A stretch of 64,000 nucleotides of DNA from Capsulimonadaceae bacterium (GTDB lineage Bacteria; Armatimonadota; Armatimonadia; Armatimonadales; Capsulimonadaceae): positions 5,696,001 to 5,760,000 of the forward strand of contig OZ244065.1 of the NCBI GenBank assembly GCA_965215505.1, read 5' to 3'. The position numbers and the translations under genes are program-made. Under the pieces are notes generated by a model, which made no database searches, was not told the DNA's origin, and worked only from the letters and a program-made list of their open reading frames with translations. Below are positions 41,078 through 50,456 of this stretch, piece by piece; position 1 is the stretch's first letter, and each line of letters starts with the position of its first letter.

Positions 41078-42796
41078 TCAGGCGGCGGCCTCCGCCTTCA
41101 ATGACTGCACCAGCCCCGCCACATGGGCCGAAATGCCCTCAATGGGAACGGCGGACTTGTTCGCGGCGTCGCGCCGCAGGCTGACCTCCACCGTCCCTTC
41201 GGCCAGTGACTTGCCGACGACGACCTTGACGGGGATGCCGAGTAGGTCTGCGTCCTTGAACTTGACGCCGGGGCGCTCGTCCCGGTCGTCCAGCAGCACG
41301 TCCACATTGGCCGCTTTCAGGTCACGGTACAGGTCCTCGGCGGCCCGCTTCTGGGCCTCGTCTTTCACCCCGACCAGGACGACCACGACCTCGAAAGGCG
41401 CGATGGTGACGGGCCAGAGGATGCCATTGGCGTCGTGGTGCTGCTCGATCGCCGCCGCCATCAGCCGCGAGACGCCGATGCCGTAGGAGCCACCGAGCAA
41501 AGGCTGCCTCGCGCCGGTTTCGTCCGTAAACGTCGCGTTCATCTTCGCCGAGTATATGGTTTCAAAGTTGAAGACGTGGCCGACCTCGATCCCGCGTTGC
41601 GTCTGGAGCCGCCCTTCCGGGTCGGCCGGACTGACATCGCCCGCCACCGCCGTCCGCAGGTCCAAATACTCGGGGTGGGGGAAGTCGCGCCCCGGCAAAA
41701 CGTGGACCAGGTGTGCGTCCGCCTCGTTCGCCCCGGTCACCCCGTCCCGGACAAACGCCACCTCGCGGTCGGCGATCACGCGCATCCCATCCGCCAATCC
41801 GACCGGCCCGGCGAAGCCGACGGGTGCCCCCGTCACCTTCTGGACCATCGCGGCGTCCGCCAGCGGCGATGGCCCGCCCAGAAGCTTCGCCAGCTTGGCC
41901 TCCTGCACTTCACGATCGCCGCGCACCAGCACGACCACCGGCTGCCCGTCCGGCGCGACCACGACCAGAGTCTTGATGAGCCGCGTCGCGGGGACGTCCA
42001 GGAATGCCGCGACGGCCGTGATCGTGCTGACACCGGGTGTCATCACCTTCTCCATCGCCGCGACCTCGGCGTCCGGCTCCTCGGCGGGCGCGGGGATAGC
42101 CTCGCACCGCTCGGCGTTCGCCGCGTAGCCCGTTTTGTCGCAGCGCAGCACGGTGTCTTCGCCGCTCTCGGACAGCACCATGAACTCCTCGCTCTGCGAG
42201 CCGCCGATGGCCCCCGAGTCCGCTTCCACCGTCAGGGCCGCCAGCCCGCAGCGCTCGAAGGACCGGCTGAAGGCATCGCGGACGTTCCGGTAGGCCTGCT
42301 GACCCTCCTCGGCGTTCTTGTCGAACGAGTAAGCGTCCAGCATCAGGAACTCGCGCCCTCGGACCAGACCCCCGCGCGGGCGCGGCTCGTTGCGGAACTT
42401 GGTCTGGATCTGGTAGGGCAGGAACGGGAGCTGCTTGTACGACTGGATATCACCCCGCGCGATGGAAGTGACGACTTCCTCGTGCGTGAAGCCCAGGAAA
42501 TAGTCATGCTGCGGGACCGTGAACAGGACGTCCAGTTTGTCCCGGCCAGACTCCTCCAGTATGGCGCGCGGGAACAGCGACGGCATCAGCATCTCGTTCC
42601 CCCCGGCGCGGTTCATCTCCTCACGCAGTATGCCGGAGATCTTATTCAGCACCCGCAGGCCCAGCGGCAGGTACGAGTAGACCCCGCTGGCGAGCGGCCG
42701 GATGAAGCCGCCGCGCAGAAGCAGCTTGTGGCTGACAAGCTCCGCCTCGCTGGGCGCTTCGCGGAGGGTGGGGGCAAAAAGTTGTGTAAAGCGCAT
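41078..42796 (-). CDS. proS: Proline--tRNA ligase (bacterial type with INS editing domain)
   Basis: PTLRE.P.EAE..SH, THEE, YQIQTKFRNE.RPR.G, GIEVGH, YGIGVSR, PGVKFKDADL.G.P. Confidence 0.97.
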   Translation of the reverse strand: MRFTQLFAPTLREAPSEAELVSHKLLLRGGFIRPLASGVYSYLPLGLRVLNKISGILREEMNRAGGNEMLMPSLFPRAILEESGRDKLDVLFTVPQHDYFLGFTHEEVVTSIARGDIQSYKQLPFLPYQIQTKFRNEPRPRGGLVRGREFLMLDAYSFDKNAEEGQQAYRNVRDAFSRSFERCGLAALTVEADSGAIGGSQSEEFMVLSESGEDTVLRCDKTGYAANAERCEAIPAPAEEPDAEVAAMEKVMTPGVSTITAVAAFLDVPATRLIKTLVVVAPDGQPVVVLVRGDREVQEAKLAKLLGGPSPLADAAMVQKVTGAPVGFAGPVGLADGMRVIADREVAFVRDGVTGANEADAHLVHVLPGRDFPHPEYLDLRTAVAGDVSPADPEGRLQTQRGIEVGHVFNFETIYSAKMNATFTDETGARQPLLGGSYGIGVSRLMAAAIEQHHDANGILWPVTIAPFEVVVVLVGVKDEAQKRAAEDLYRDLKAANVDVLLDDRDERPGVKFKDADLLGIPVKVVVGKSLAEGTVEVSLRRDAANKSAVPIEGISAHVAGLVQSLKAEAAA

Positions 42797-42810
42797 TATG
42801 TGTAGTCTTG

Positions 42811-44292
42811 TTACTGGGGCAGTTGGTGCGTCACGGTGCGGATGATGTCGTTGGACACGATCGCGATGAACAGGACGAAGATGATCGCCAGGCCGAACAT
42901 GAGGGACGCCTGCTGCTGCTGGTCGGTCAGCCGCTTGCCGCGCCGTACCCACTCGATGAAGAACGTCAGCAGGTGCCCGCCGTCCAGGATGGGGATGGGC
43001 AGCAGGTTGAAGACCGCCAGGCTGATGGACAGGCTTGCCAGCATCGAGACGACATCCGGCAGGCCGCTCTTGACGGCAAGCCCCGTCGCCTGATACATGA
43101 AGATGATCCCGCCGGCCGCCTTGTGCAGCTCGCGGTGATGGATCAGATAGGCAAGCCCACGGAACGTGTCGCCGACCGTCTTGTTCCCGTACCGGATTGA
43201 GGCCGCAAGGCCGACGTGCCTGATCTCACGCGCGGGGATGATGTTCAGGATACCGATCTCGTGCGGGTTCAGGCCCGGCGGGTCCTGCGCGACGGTCTTG
43301 GGAATCAAGCCCTTCAGATGGACCTCCTCACCCCCACGCGCCAGGGAGATGTCTGCGGTCTTCCCGGCGTCCTGGCGCAGCAGGGTCTGCACCTGCTCGC
43401 CGGACACGACATCCACGCCGTTGATCTGCGCGAAGATGTCGTGCGCCGCCAGGCCCAGCGTCGCCAATGCGCCCGGCTTAACCACGTCCACGGAAACGAC
43501 GGGCTTGTTGTGGTCGTCCAAGACCGGCTGCGGGGTCGCCGTGCGTGTGAACGTCGCGCCGTCGCGCACGACGGTCAGCGTGATCGGCTTGCCCGCACTG
43601 CCGTGGATCATGTCCACCATCTCTTCGCCGCTGGAAACCGGCCGGCCGTTTATCGCCTGGATGGTGTCGCCGATCCGCAGGCCGATCCGTTTTCCCTCTC
43701 CGCCCGGTCCCGCCATCGCCACTTTATTCAAGGTATTGCCGGTCGGGATGCCGGTCGTCATGCCCATCAGGCAGAAGACGACGTAGCCCAGCACGAAGGA
43801 CATGAAGGGGCCGGCCGCGATCACCAGGGCGCGCTGCCAGACCGGCTTGCTGTAGAAGCCGTCGGGGGCGCTGTAGGCCGCATTCTCCCCCACGTTCTCA
43901 GCGATCAGGGGAATCTGATTGGCGTCCGGGTCTGCATTTCTTAGCTCCAGCCCACCCAGGCCCGGACCGGAGAGGCCGATCCCACGGACAGTAGGGCCGG
44001 CCTCTTTACCACCCACCACCTTGTCTTTGGCGGCGATTAAAGGTGCTTCATCCGGCTCCATGCCGGCGATCTTGACGAAGCCTCCCAGCGGCAGCATCCG
44101 CACGTTGTATTCCGTGTCCCCCCGCTTGGCGATCCGGAACAGGCGCCTGCCGAAGCCGATGCTGAAGTCATCCACGCGAATGCCGCATAGCCGGGCGACG
44201 ATGAAATGCCCCCACTCGTGCGCGACGACCAGGATGCTCAGAATGATCAGCAGGGTCAATGTCTGCTGCACGTTTTGCCATAACAACACCAC
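42811..44292 (-). CDS. rseP: RIP metalloprotease RseP with PDZ domains
   Basis: HEWGH, FSIGFG, PLGGFVKIAG, AGP, NLLPIPILDGG. Confidence 0.93.
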   Translation of the reverse strand: MVLLWQNVQQTLTLLIILSILVVAHEWGHFIVARLCGIRVDDFSIGFGRRLFRIAKRGDTEYNVRMLPLGGFVKIAGMEPDEAPLIAAKDKVVGGKEAGPTVRGIGLSGPGLGGLELRNADPDANQIPLIAENVGENAAYSAPDGFYSKPVWQRALVIAAGPFMSFVLGYVVFCLMGMTTGIPTGNTLNKVAMAGPGGEGKRIGLRIGDTIQAINGRPVSSGEEMVDMIHGSAGKPITLTVVRDGATFTRTATPQPVLDDHNKPVVSVDVVKPGALATLGLAAHDIFAQINGVDVVSGEQVQTLLRQDAGKTADISLARGGEEVHLKGLIPKTVAQDPPGLNPHEIGILNIIPAREIRHVGLAASIRYGNKTVGDTFRGLAYLIHHRELHKAAGGIIFMYQATGLAVKSGLPDVVSMLASLSISLAVFNLLPIPILDGGHLLTFFIEWVRRGKRLTDQQQQASLMFGLAIIFVLFIAIVSNDIIRTVTHQLPQ

Positions 44293-44305
44293 GTCGAAAG
44301 CTCCT

Positions 44306-45418
44306 TCAGACTAACAGAGAGAGGTCTTCGAATGAGAAACGGTGGGCGGCCTCGCGCGCCCAGGCGCTCTCCCGCGTGATCCCCGCCATGTCGGGCGACT
44401 CGGTGACGCGGTGCGCGTCCATCACCCGCTCCGTCAGCGTGATGATGGCCGCGAACGTGACCCTGCCCTCCAAAAAGAAGCCGACGGCGGCCTCGTTCGC
44501 GGCGTTCATCACGGCGGGCAGTGTGCCGCCGATCTGCGCCGCCCGGCGGGCCAGGCCCAGGCTCGGGAACCGGTCTTCATCGGGCGCGGCGAACGCCAGC
44601 GGGGCCGACTGCGCCCGGATGTCGAACCGAGCGATGCCTAGGTCGGCCCGGTCGGGGTAGAGCAGGGCGTACTCGATGGGGACGCGCATGTCCGGCAGAC
44701 CGAGCTGTGCCAGTGTCGAACCGTCCCGCAGCTCGACCAGAGAGTGAACAACGCTCTGCGGGTGGATCACGACCCCGACCCGCTCAATCGGGACATCAAA
44801 CAGCCAGCGTGCCTCGATCATCTCTAATGCCTTGTTCATCAGGGTCGCGCTGTCAATCGTGATCTTGCGGCCCATGCTCGGCCATGTCGGGTGGTGCAGG
44901 GCTTCCTCCACGGTCGCCCGTGCTATCCGCTCCTTCGTCCACTCGCGGAACGGCCCGCCCGAGGCGGTCAGCCACAGCCGCTCGACGTGTTCCGGCTTCT
45001 GCCCTTGTAAACACTGGAAAATGGCCGAATGCTCGCTGTCGATCGGCAGGATGCGCGCCCCGCTCCTTTGCGCCGCCGCCGTCACGATCTCGCCCGCCGC
45101 CACCAGCACCTCTTTGGTCGCCAGGGCGACGTCTTTGCCTGCCTCCAGAGCGGCGATGGTCGCCTCGGTCCCGACCGCGCCCGCAACGGAGACGACCACG
45201 AGGTCCGCTTGCGGCAGCGTCGCGAGCCGGACGAGGTCGGCCTCCGCACCCCATTCCAGTTCATTGACGCCAAACTGGTGCGCTTGTTCCCGCAGCAGCA
45301 TCTCGTTGCGAAAAGCAGAAAGGCCGGCGACGCGCAGGCGGTCCGGCAGGCGGCGGACGACGTCTAGAGTCTGCGTGCCGATGCTGCCCGTCGCACCCAG
45401 GATGACGACGCGCTTCAC
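44306..45418 (-). CDS. dxr: 1-deoxy-D-xylulose 5-phosphate reductoisomerase
   Basis: LGATGSIG, ATKE, PIDSEHSA, TASGGPFR, MGRKITIDSATLMNK.LE, NAANE. Confidence 0.97.
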   Translation of the reverse strand: MKRVVILGATGSIGTQTLDVVRRLPDRLRVAGLSAFRNEMLLREQAHQFGVNELEWGAEADLVRLATLPQADLVVVSVAGAVGTEATIAALEAGKDVALATKEVLVAAGEIVTAAAQRSGARILPIDSEHSAIFQCLQGQKPEHVERLWLTASGGPFREWTKERIARATVEEALHHPTWPSMGRKITIDSATLMNKALEMIEARWLFDVPIERVGVVIHPQSVVHSLVELRDGSTLAQLGLPDMRVPIEYALLYPDRADLGIARFDIRAQSAPLAFAAPDEDRFPSLGLARRAAQIGGTLPAVMNAANEAAVGFFLEGRVTFAAIITLTERVMDAHRVTESPDMAGITRESAWAREAAHRFSFEDLSLLV

Positions 45419-46203
45419 TGGCTCTCCACCGCACCGAACTTGCGGGTGCGCCTCTGGTACTCTTCCAGAGCGTCGGTGAAGAGCGCGGGCGTGAAGTCCG
45501 GCCACAGGGTCGGCGTCACCCACATCTCGGAGTAGGCGATGCCCCAGAGGAGGAAGTTGGAGATACGCATCTCGCCCGCCGTGCGGATCAGCAGATCGGG
45601 GTCGGGGAGGTCGGGGGCGTACATGTGGGCCGACAGCATCTTTTCCGTGACTTCGGCGGGTTCCACCTCGCCGCGCCGGACGGCCTCGGCGATCCGGCGG
45701 GCGGCGTCGGCGATCTCGGCGCGGCCCCCGTAGTTGATCGCCAGGTTGAACGTCAGGCCCGTAAAGCCCGCCGTCCGCCGCACCGCGCTGGCGAACGTCC
45801 CGCGCAGCCCGTCCGGCAGGTCTTCCAGCCGGCCCGAGACGTGGATGCGGACGTGGTTCTGGACCAGGTCTTCCACCTCGGCCTGCATGGCGGCTTCCAT
45901 CAGGTGCATGAGGCCGCCGACTTCCGCCTCGGGCCGCCGCCAGTTCTCGGTCGAGAAGCCGAAGACGGTCAGGTGCTTGACCCCCAGCTCGTCGGCGGTG
46001 GAGACGATCTCCTTCAAAGCGCGGTAGCCCTGCCAATGCCCGAAAAGGCGGTCCTGGCCTCTCGCGTTCGCCCAGCGCCCGTTGCCGTCCATGATGATGG
46101 CGACGTGCGCGGGCAGGCGTGCGGCATCAAGACGCGCCCTCAAGGCTTCTATCCCGGTGCCGCCGTCGGCGACGGGGATCTGCTCCGACAGGAAACTGTT
46201 CAT
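45415..46203 (-). CDS. uppS: Undecaprenyl diphosphate synthase (isoprenyl transferase)
   Basis: HVAIIMDGNGRWA, FSTENW.RP, NYGGR.EI, IRTAGE.RISNF. Confidence 0.97.
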   Translation of the reverse strand: MNSFLSEQIPVADGGTGIEALRARLDAARLPAHVAIIMDGNGRWANARGQDRLFGHWQGYRALKEIVSTADELGVKHLTVFGFSTENWRRPEAEVGGLMHLMEAAMQAEVEDLVQNHVRIHVSGRLEDLPDGLRGTFASAVRRTAGFTGLTFNLAINYGGRAEIADAARRIAEAVRRGEVEPAEVTEKMLSAHMYAPDLPDPDLLIRTAGEMRISNFLLWGIAYSEMWVTPTLWPDFTPALFTDALEEYQRRTRKFGAVESQ

Positions 46204-46218
46204 CGGATGACCGCCCCG

Positions 46219-46779
46219 CTAGACTTCAAGCAGTTCGGCTTCCTTGGCTTTGGTGATGCGGTCTATCTCGACGATGTACCGGTCCGTGAGCTTTTGCAGG
46301 CCGTCCTGGGCGCGCTTCAGGTCGTCTTCCGACACTTCGCTCTTCTTGACCAGCGCCTTGCCCTGGTCGTTGGCGTTCTGGCGGACCTTGCGGATGGAGA
46401 CTTTGCCCTCCTCCGCCTTGCGGCCCAGCACCTTGACGAACTCTTTACGCCGCTCCTCGGTCAGAGGAGGAATGGTCAGCCGGACGGCCGCCCCGTCATT
46501 GACCGGGTTGATGTTGATGTCGGAGTTCTTGATGGCCTTCTCGACCGCGCCGACGAGGTTCCGCTCATAGGGGGCGATGAGGAGCTGGCGGCTGTCGGGG
46601 ACGCTGATGTTGGCGATCTGGTTGAGCGGCGTCGGTGCCCCGTAGTAGTCAATCGTGATGCCGTCCAGCAAGCTGGGGTTCGCCCGCCCTGTGCGGATAG
46701 TGGAAAAGTCGTGCTGGGTGGCGTCCACCGTCTTCTGCATCTTCTGCTCGGCGTCTTTGGCGAGATCGGCTAAACTCAT
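46219..46779 (-). CDS. frr: Ribosome recycling factor
   Basis: IRTGRANP, YYGAPTPL, PPLTEERRKE, Q.LTD. Confidence 0.97.
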   Translation of the reverse strand: MSLADLAKDAEQKMQKTVDATQHDFSTIRTGRANPSLLDGITIDYYGAPTPLNQIANISVPDSRQLLIAPYERNLVGAVEKAIKNSDININPVNDGAAVRLTIPPLTEERRKEFVKVLGRKAEEGKVSIRKVRQNANDQGKALVKKSEVSEDDLKRAQDGLQKLTDRYIVEIDRITKAKEAELLEV

Positions 46780-46815
46780 GGGGTCATGCTCCTGAAATGG
46801 ATTATGGAAATGTCG

Positions 46816-47172
46816 TTACCGAGACAACGGACTGGTAGGTTCGAGCCACGTCAGGTTGAACAACGCGCCGAACTCTCCGCAGTAGGCTTGAATGAATTCG
46901 TTGGCCTCGTGCATGCACCGAGCGACTTCTTTAGGAGTGATCGCGTCGTGAAAACCAGGCGAATAATTGCTAGTGGCGATCCAAAAAGGGTGTCCATCCT
47001 CTTCTCGCCATAGCTCAACCCCCACTACAGCGCACTGTTCGGATGCCAGCCAAGAGACGACCTCTACCGCGAAAGGAGCAGTCCAAGCCAGTTCACTCCC
47101 AAAAACCCTTGCCTTTTCGCGGAGTTCACGCGGCAGCATCAAATCAGTACTGGAAGCCTGTTCCGCCAACAT
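46816..47172 (-). CDS. Putative immunity protein (Imm40-like); alternative start at 47139
   Basis: ELAW...A.EVV..L.....AVVGVELW...A.EFI..Y; directly follows or overlaps the toxin gene; AT-richer than flanks. Confidence 0.6.
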   Translation of the reverse strand: MLAEQASSTDLMLPRELREKARVFGSELAWTAPFAVEVVSWLASEQCAVVGVELWREEDGHPFWIATSNYSPGFHDAITPKEVARCMHEANEFIQAYCGEFGALFNLTWLEPTSPLSR

Positions 47173-47398
47173 GGATGACTCTCCCGGTTGCGTCGTTGAT
47201 AACGACAGATTTGCCGCTGCCCGGATGAACAAACCGCGTCGCAGGGGCACCGCCGGCCGTCTCATCAACGGCGGGGTAAGATGCACCGTGGTCGAAGGCA
47301 TCGTGTATGTCAGCCGCCGTCCAGCCGCGCTTGATCATGGAAAGCTGGATGTGCCGATCTAGGTCCGTAAGAGCAGGCTCGGCAGATCCGTCGCGCAT
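47144..47398 (-). CDS. Stand-alone colicin E5-like ribonuclease (BECR-fold) toxin domain
   Basis: M..RGWT..DI...PAT......GK.VV.ND.TG.V..V resembles colicin E5 CRD / CdiA-CT tips; 84 aa, no delivery domain. Confidence 0.7.
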   Translation of the reverse strand: MRDGSAEPALTDLDRHIQLSMIKRGWTAADIHDAFDHGASYPAVDETAGGAPATRFVHPGSGKSVVINDATGRVIHVGGTGFQY

Positions 47399-47403
47399 CT
47401 TGA

Positions 47404-48162
47404 TTACGCATCTTTGGCGACGAGCGTTCCGATCTGCGCCCCCTCGGCGACGCGCTGGATGTTGCCCGGCACGTTGATGTCGAAGACGACGATGGGCAGG
47501 TTGTTTTCCATGCAGAAGGCCATCGCGGTCAGGTCCATGACTTTCAGGCGGCGGTCAATGGCGTCGGCGTAGGCGATGCGTTCGAACTTGACGGCGTCGG
47601 TGTGCTGGCGCGGGTCCTTGTCATAAACGCCGTCCGTGCCGTTCTTTGCCATCAGGATGGCCTCGGCGCGGACCTCGGAGGCGCGCAGGGCGGCGGCGGT
47701 GTCGGTCGTGAAGAAGGGGTTGCCGGTGCCGCCGGCCAGGATGACGACACGGCCCTTCTCCAGGTGCCGCAGGGCGCGGCGGTTGATGTACGGCTCGGCG
47801 ACGGTCTGAATGGGGACGGCGGTCTGGACGCGGGTGTCAACGCCCTGCTGCTCCAGCGAGTCTTGCAGGGCGAGGGCGTTGACGACCGTGCCCAGCATCC
47901 CGATGTGATCGGCAGTGACGCGCTTCATGCCCGCCTTCTCGGCGAGCTGGCCGCGCATGACGTTGCCGCCGCCGATGACGACGGCGGTCTGGACACCGCT
48001 GCGCTGCAAGCGGGCCACCTCGGCGGCGATCTTGGCGACGGCCTGATAATCAATGACCCCGTGGCTGCCGTCCCCGGCGAAGGCTTCGCCGGAGAGCTTG
48101 AGCAGCACACGGGACCACTTCATTTTGGCCGCATCCATTTGAGACGAAGGTGCGTCCGCCAT
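47404..48162 (-). CDS. pyrH: Uridylate kinase
   Basis: LLKLSGE, GGGN..RG, GMLGT..N, GTGNPFFTTD, DGVYDKDP, VMDLTA. Confidence 0.97.
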   Translation of the reverse strand: MADAPSSQMDAAKMKWSRVLLKLSGEAFAGDGSHGVIDYQAVAKIAAEVARLQRSGVQTAVVIGGGNVMRGQLAEKAGMKRVTADHIGMLGTVVNALALQDSLEQQGVDTRVQTAVPIQTVAEPYINRRALRHLEKGRVVILAGGTGNPFFTTDTAAALRASEVRAEAILMAKNGTDGVYDKDPRQHTDAVKFERIAYADAIDRRLKVMDLTAMAFCMENNLPIVVFDINVPGNIQRVAEGAQIGTLVAKDA

Positions 48163-48165
48163 AAG

Positions 48166-49020
48166 CTAAGACGCCTCGCCGATCTCGAACCGGACGAACC
48201 GCTTGATCTCGGCCTTGCCCTTGATGAGCTGCGCGACGCTCTGCTTCGGCTCGCGGATGTAGGGCTGTTCCAGCAGGACCGCCTCCTTGTAGAAGGTGCC
48301 CACGCCGCCCTCGATGATCTTGTCCAGGATCTCGGCCGGCTTGTTCGCGTTCTTCGGGTCGGCCGCCGTGCGCGTCTTGACGATATCCCGCTCCTCGGCC
48401 AGCTTGTCGGCGGGCACGTCGCTCTTGCTGAGGAACTTCGGCTTGGCGGCGGCGATGTGCATGGCGACCTCGCGGGCCAGCCCCTTCACCTCCGGCCCCT
48501 CGCCGGTCAGCTCGACCAGGACGCCGATCTGCCCGCCCATGTGGATGTAGGCGTCCACCGTGCCGTCCTCGGTCTGGTAGGCCGCGAAGCGCTTGAAAAT
48601 GATGTTCTCACGCATCTTGGCGAAGACGTCCTGGATGCGGAGCTTGGCGGGCTGGCCACTCTCGGTGTGCGTCGCTTCCAGAAGCTCATCCACGGAGGCC
48701 GCGCTTGGGTTCTCGATGGCGTGTTTCGCCATGTCCCGGACCAAGGCGACGAACTCCTCGTTCTTGGCGACGAAGTCGGTTTCCGAGTTGATCTCGACCA
48801 GGACGCCCAGCCGGCTGTGCTCGCGGACGAGCGCCTCGACGACGCCCTGGGCGCTGGTGCGACCATCTTTGAGTTCCCGCTTCGCGTTCCGCTCGCGGAA
48901 CAGGCGAATCGCCGCGTCCATGTCACCGTCGGCCTCGGTCAGAAGCTTCTTCGCTTCCATCATCCCGGCCTGTGTCTTGTCCCGCAATTCCTTGACCATT
49001 GCGGCGGTAATCTCTGCCAT
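48166..49020 (-). CDS. tsf: Elongation factor Ts
   Basis: ITAAMVKELRDKT.AGMM, NSETDFVA, AMHIAA..P, RFVRFEIGE. Confidence 0.97.
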   Translation of the reverse strand: MAEITAAMVKELRDKTQAGMMEAKKLLTEADGDMDAAIRLFRERNAKRELKDGRTSAQGVVEALVREHSRLGVLVEINSETDFVAKNEEFVALVRDMAKHAIENPSAASVDELLEATHTESGQPAKLRIQDVFAKMRENIIFKRFAAYQTEDGTVDAYIHMGGQIGVLVELTGEGPEVKGLAREVAMHIAAAKPKFLSKSDVPADKLAEERDIVKTRTAADPKNANKPAEILDKIIEGGVGTFYKEAVLLEQPYIREPKQSVAQLIKGKAEIKRFVRFEIGEAS

Positions 49021-49037
49021 AGTGATTGTCCTTCATA

Positions 49038-49065
49038 GAAGGGGCGCACATGTCGGTGCGCCCCT
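49038..49065. repeat. REP-like palindrome between rpsB and tsf
   Basis: GAAGGGGCGCAC-ATGTCG-GTGCGCCCCT. Confidence 0.55.
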
Positions 49066-49091
49066 CCTCGTTTGTCTCCGTCCGTTGCCCT

Positions 49092-50078
49092 CTAGTCGGT
49101 CCCCTGTGCCGTCGTCTGCCCGGTCACGGCGGCCACCTCATGGGCGACCTCGGCGGGGTCGGTCATCGCCTCGCCGCCGGGCGAAGCATTGCGGCGGGAG
49201 ATGCCGCTCGACGTGCCCTCGGCCGTCATGCCGCTCGCGCCAAGGGAGGGGTCCAGCACGCCCGCAGGCACCTGGGCACCGCCGGTGACGCGCTTCTCCA
49301 GTGCCTCCCACTGGGCGGCCACGACGGCGGCGTCCTGGTCGTCGCCCATCTTCTGGGCCTCTTCCTCGGTGCCGACGACCGCCACGTCCTGCCACTCGCC
49401 CTGCTTGATCTCGATGATCGCGTCGGCGATCTTGTTGGAGATCAGCTTGATGGCCCGGATGGCGTCATCGTTGCCGGGGATGACATAATCCACCTCATCG
49501 GGGTCGCAGTTGGTGTCCACAATGGCGATGATGGGGATGCCCAGCTTGCGGGCCTCCTGAACGGCGATCTTTTCTTTCTTCAGGTCCACGATGAAGATGG
49601 CATCGGGCATGCCGTTCATGTCCTTCATGCCGCCCAGGTAGTTCTCCAGCCGGTCGCGCTCTTCACGCAGGTCGGCGGCTTCCTTCTTGGGCAGGGACTC
49701 CAGGACGCCCTCGGCATCCAGCCGATCCAGCTCGCGCAGGCGGGCGATGCGGGTCAGGATGGTGCGGTAGTTGGTCAGCATGCCGCCGAGCCAGCGGGAA
49801 TTGACGTAGTAGGAGCGCGACCGCTTGGCGGCCTCGGCGACGGCGTCCTGCGCCTGCTTCTTGGTGCCGACGAACAGGATCTTGCCGTTGTTGGAGGCGA
49901 CCTCCTGGACGTAGGCGTAGGCCTCATCAAACAGCTTCAAGGTCTGGTGCAGGTCGATGATGTAGATGCCGTTGCGGCCGCCGTAGATGTAGCGCTTCAT
50001 CTTCGGGTTCCAGCGGCGCGTTTGGTGGCCGAAGTGGACACCCGCTTCGAGCAGGTCCTTCATGGCGAGAACTGACAA
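49092..50078 (-). CDS. rpsB: 30S ribosomal protein S2 with long C-terminal extension
   Basis: [51 protein letters not shown] start with AAGGAG RBS. Confidence 0.97.
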   Translation of the reverse strand: MSVLAMKDLLEAGVHFGHQTRRWNPKMKRYIYGGRNGIYIIDLHQTLKLFDEAYAYVQEVASNNGKILFVGTKKQAQDAVAEAAKRSRSYYVNSRWLGGMLTNYRTILTRIARLRELDRLDAEGVLESLPKKEAADLREERDRLENYLGGMKDMNGMPDAIFIVDLKKEKIAVQEARKLGIPIIAIVDTNCDPDEVDYVIPGNDDAIRAIKLISNKIADAIIEIKQGEWQDVAVVGTEEEAQKMGDDQDAAVVAAQWEALEKRVTGGAQVPAGVLDPSLGASGMTAEGTSSGISRRNASPGGEAMTDPAEVAHEVAAVTGQTTAQGTD

Positions 50079-50201
50079 ATCGTAGCTCCTTCGTGTTGTG
50101 TGCGTCCCCGCCGTTCATCCACGGCTGCGACTCCTCGGCAAAGAGAAAGCACACGCAGACGTGTCCGGGCGGGTGAGGATTTTGGGAATTTCCGTCGGAA
50201 G

Positions 50202-50231
50202 AGTATACCATAAACGGCGGACTGGATTCAA
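50202..50231 (-). promoter_or_regulatory. rpsB promoter
   Basis: TTGAAT-18bp-TATACT with extended TG; about 120-nt leader before rpsB. Confidence 0.6.
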
Positions 50232-50236
50232 CCCGC

Positions 50237-50266
50237 TTGACACGCGCGCCTTCCGCGTGACATAAT
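50237..50266 (+). promoter_or_regulatory. tRNA promoter
   Basis: TTGACA-18bp-CATAAT with extended TG. Confidence 0.65.
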
Positions 50267-50310
50267 GGTTTCGTGGCGGCTTGAGAGGACGTGTAGGGGC
50301 AGACGTCTAA

Positions 50311-50403
50311 GGAACGGTGTCCGAGTTGGTCGAAGGAGCACGATTGGAAATCGTGTAATGGGGACCTCTCCATTCGTGGGTTCGAATCCCACCCGTTCCG
50401 CCA
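50311..50403 (+). tRNA. tRNA-Ser (anticodon GGA)
   Basis: Acceptor GGAACGG/CCGTTCC, anticodon stem CACGA-TTGGAAA-TCGTG, long variable arm, GTTCGAATC T-loop, encoded GCCA end. Confidence 0.96.
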
Positions 50404-50456
50404 CCTAAGTCTTCCCTTCTGTCTTCTCCCAGGCCGCCCCGGCCGAGGAAGCCGCC

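Noticed and set aside
50079-50195. S2 autoregulatory leader RNA
   Set aside because: The position is plausible, but I could not confirm the structure by eye; needs a covariance-model search
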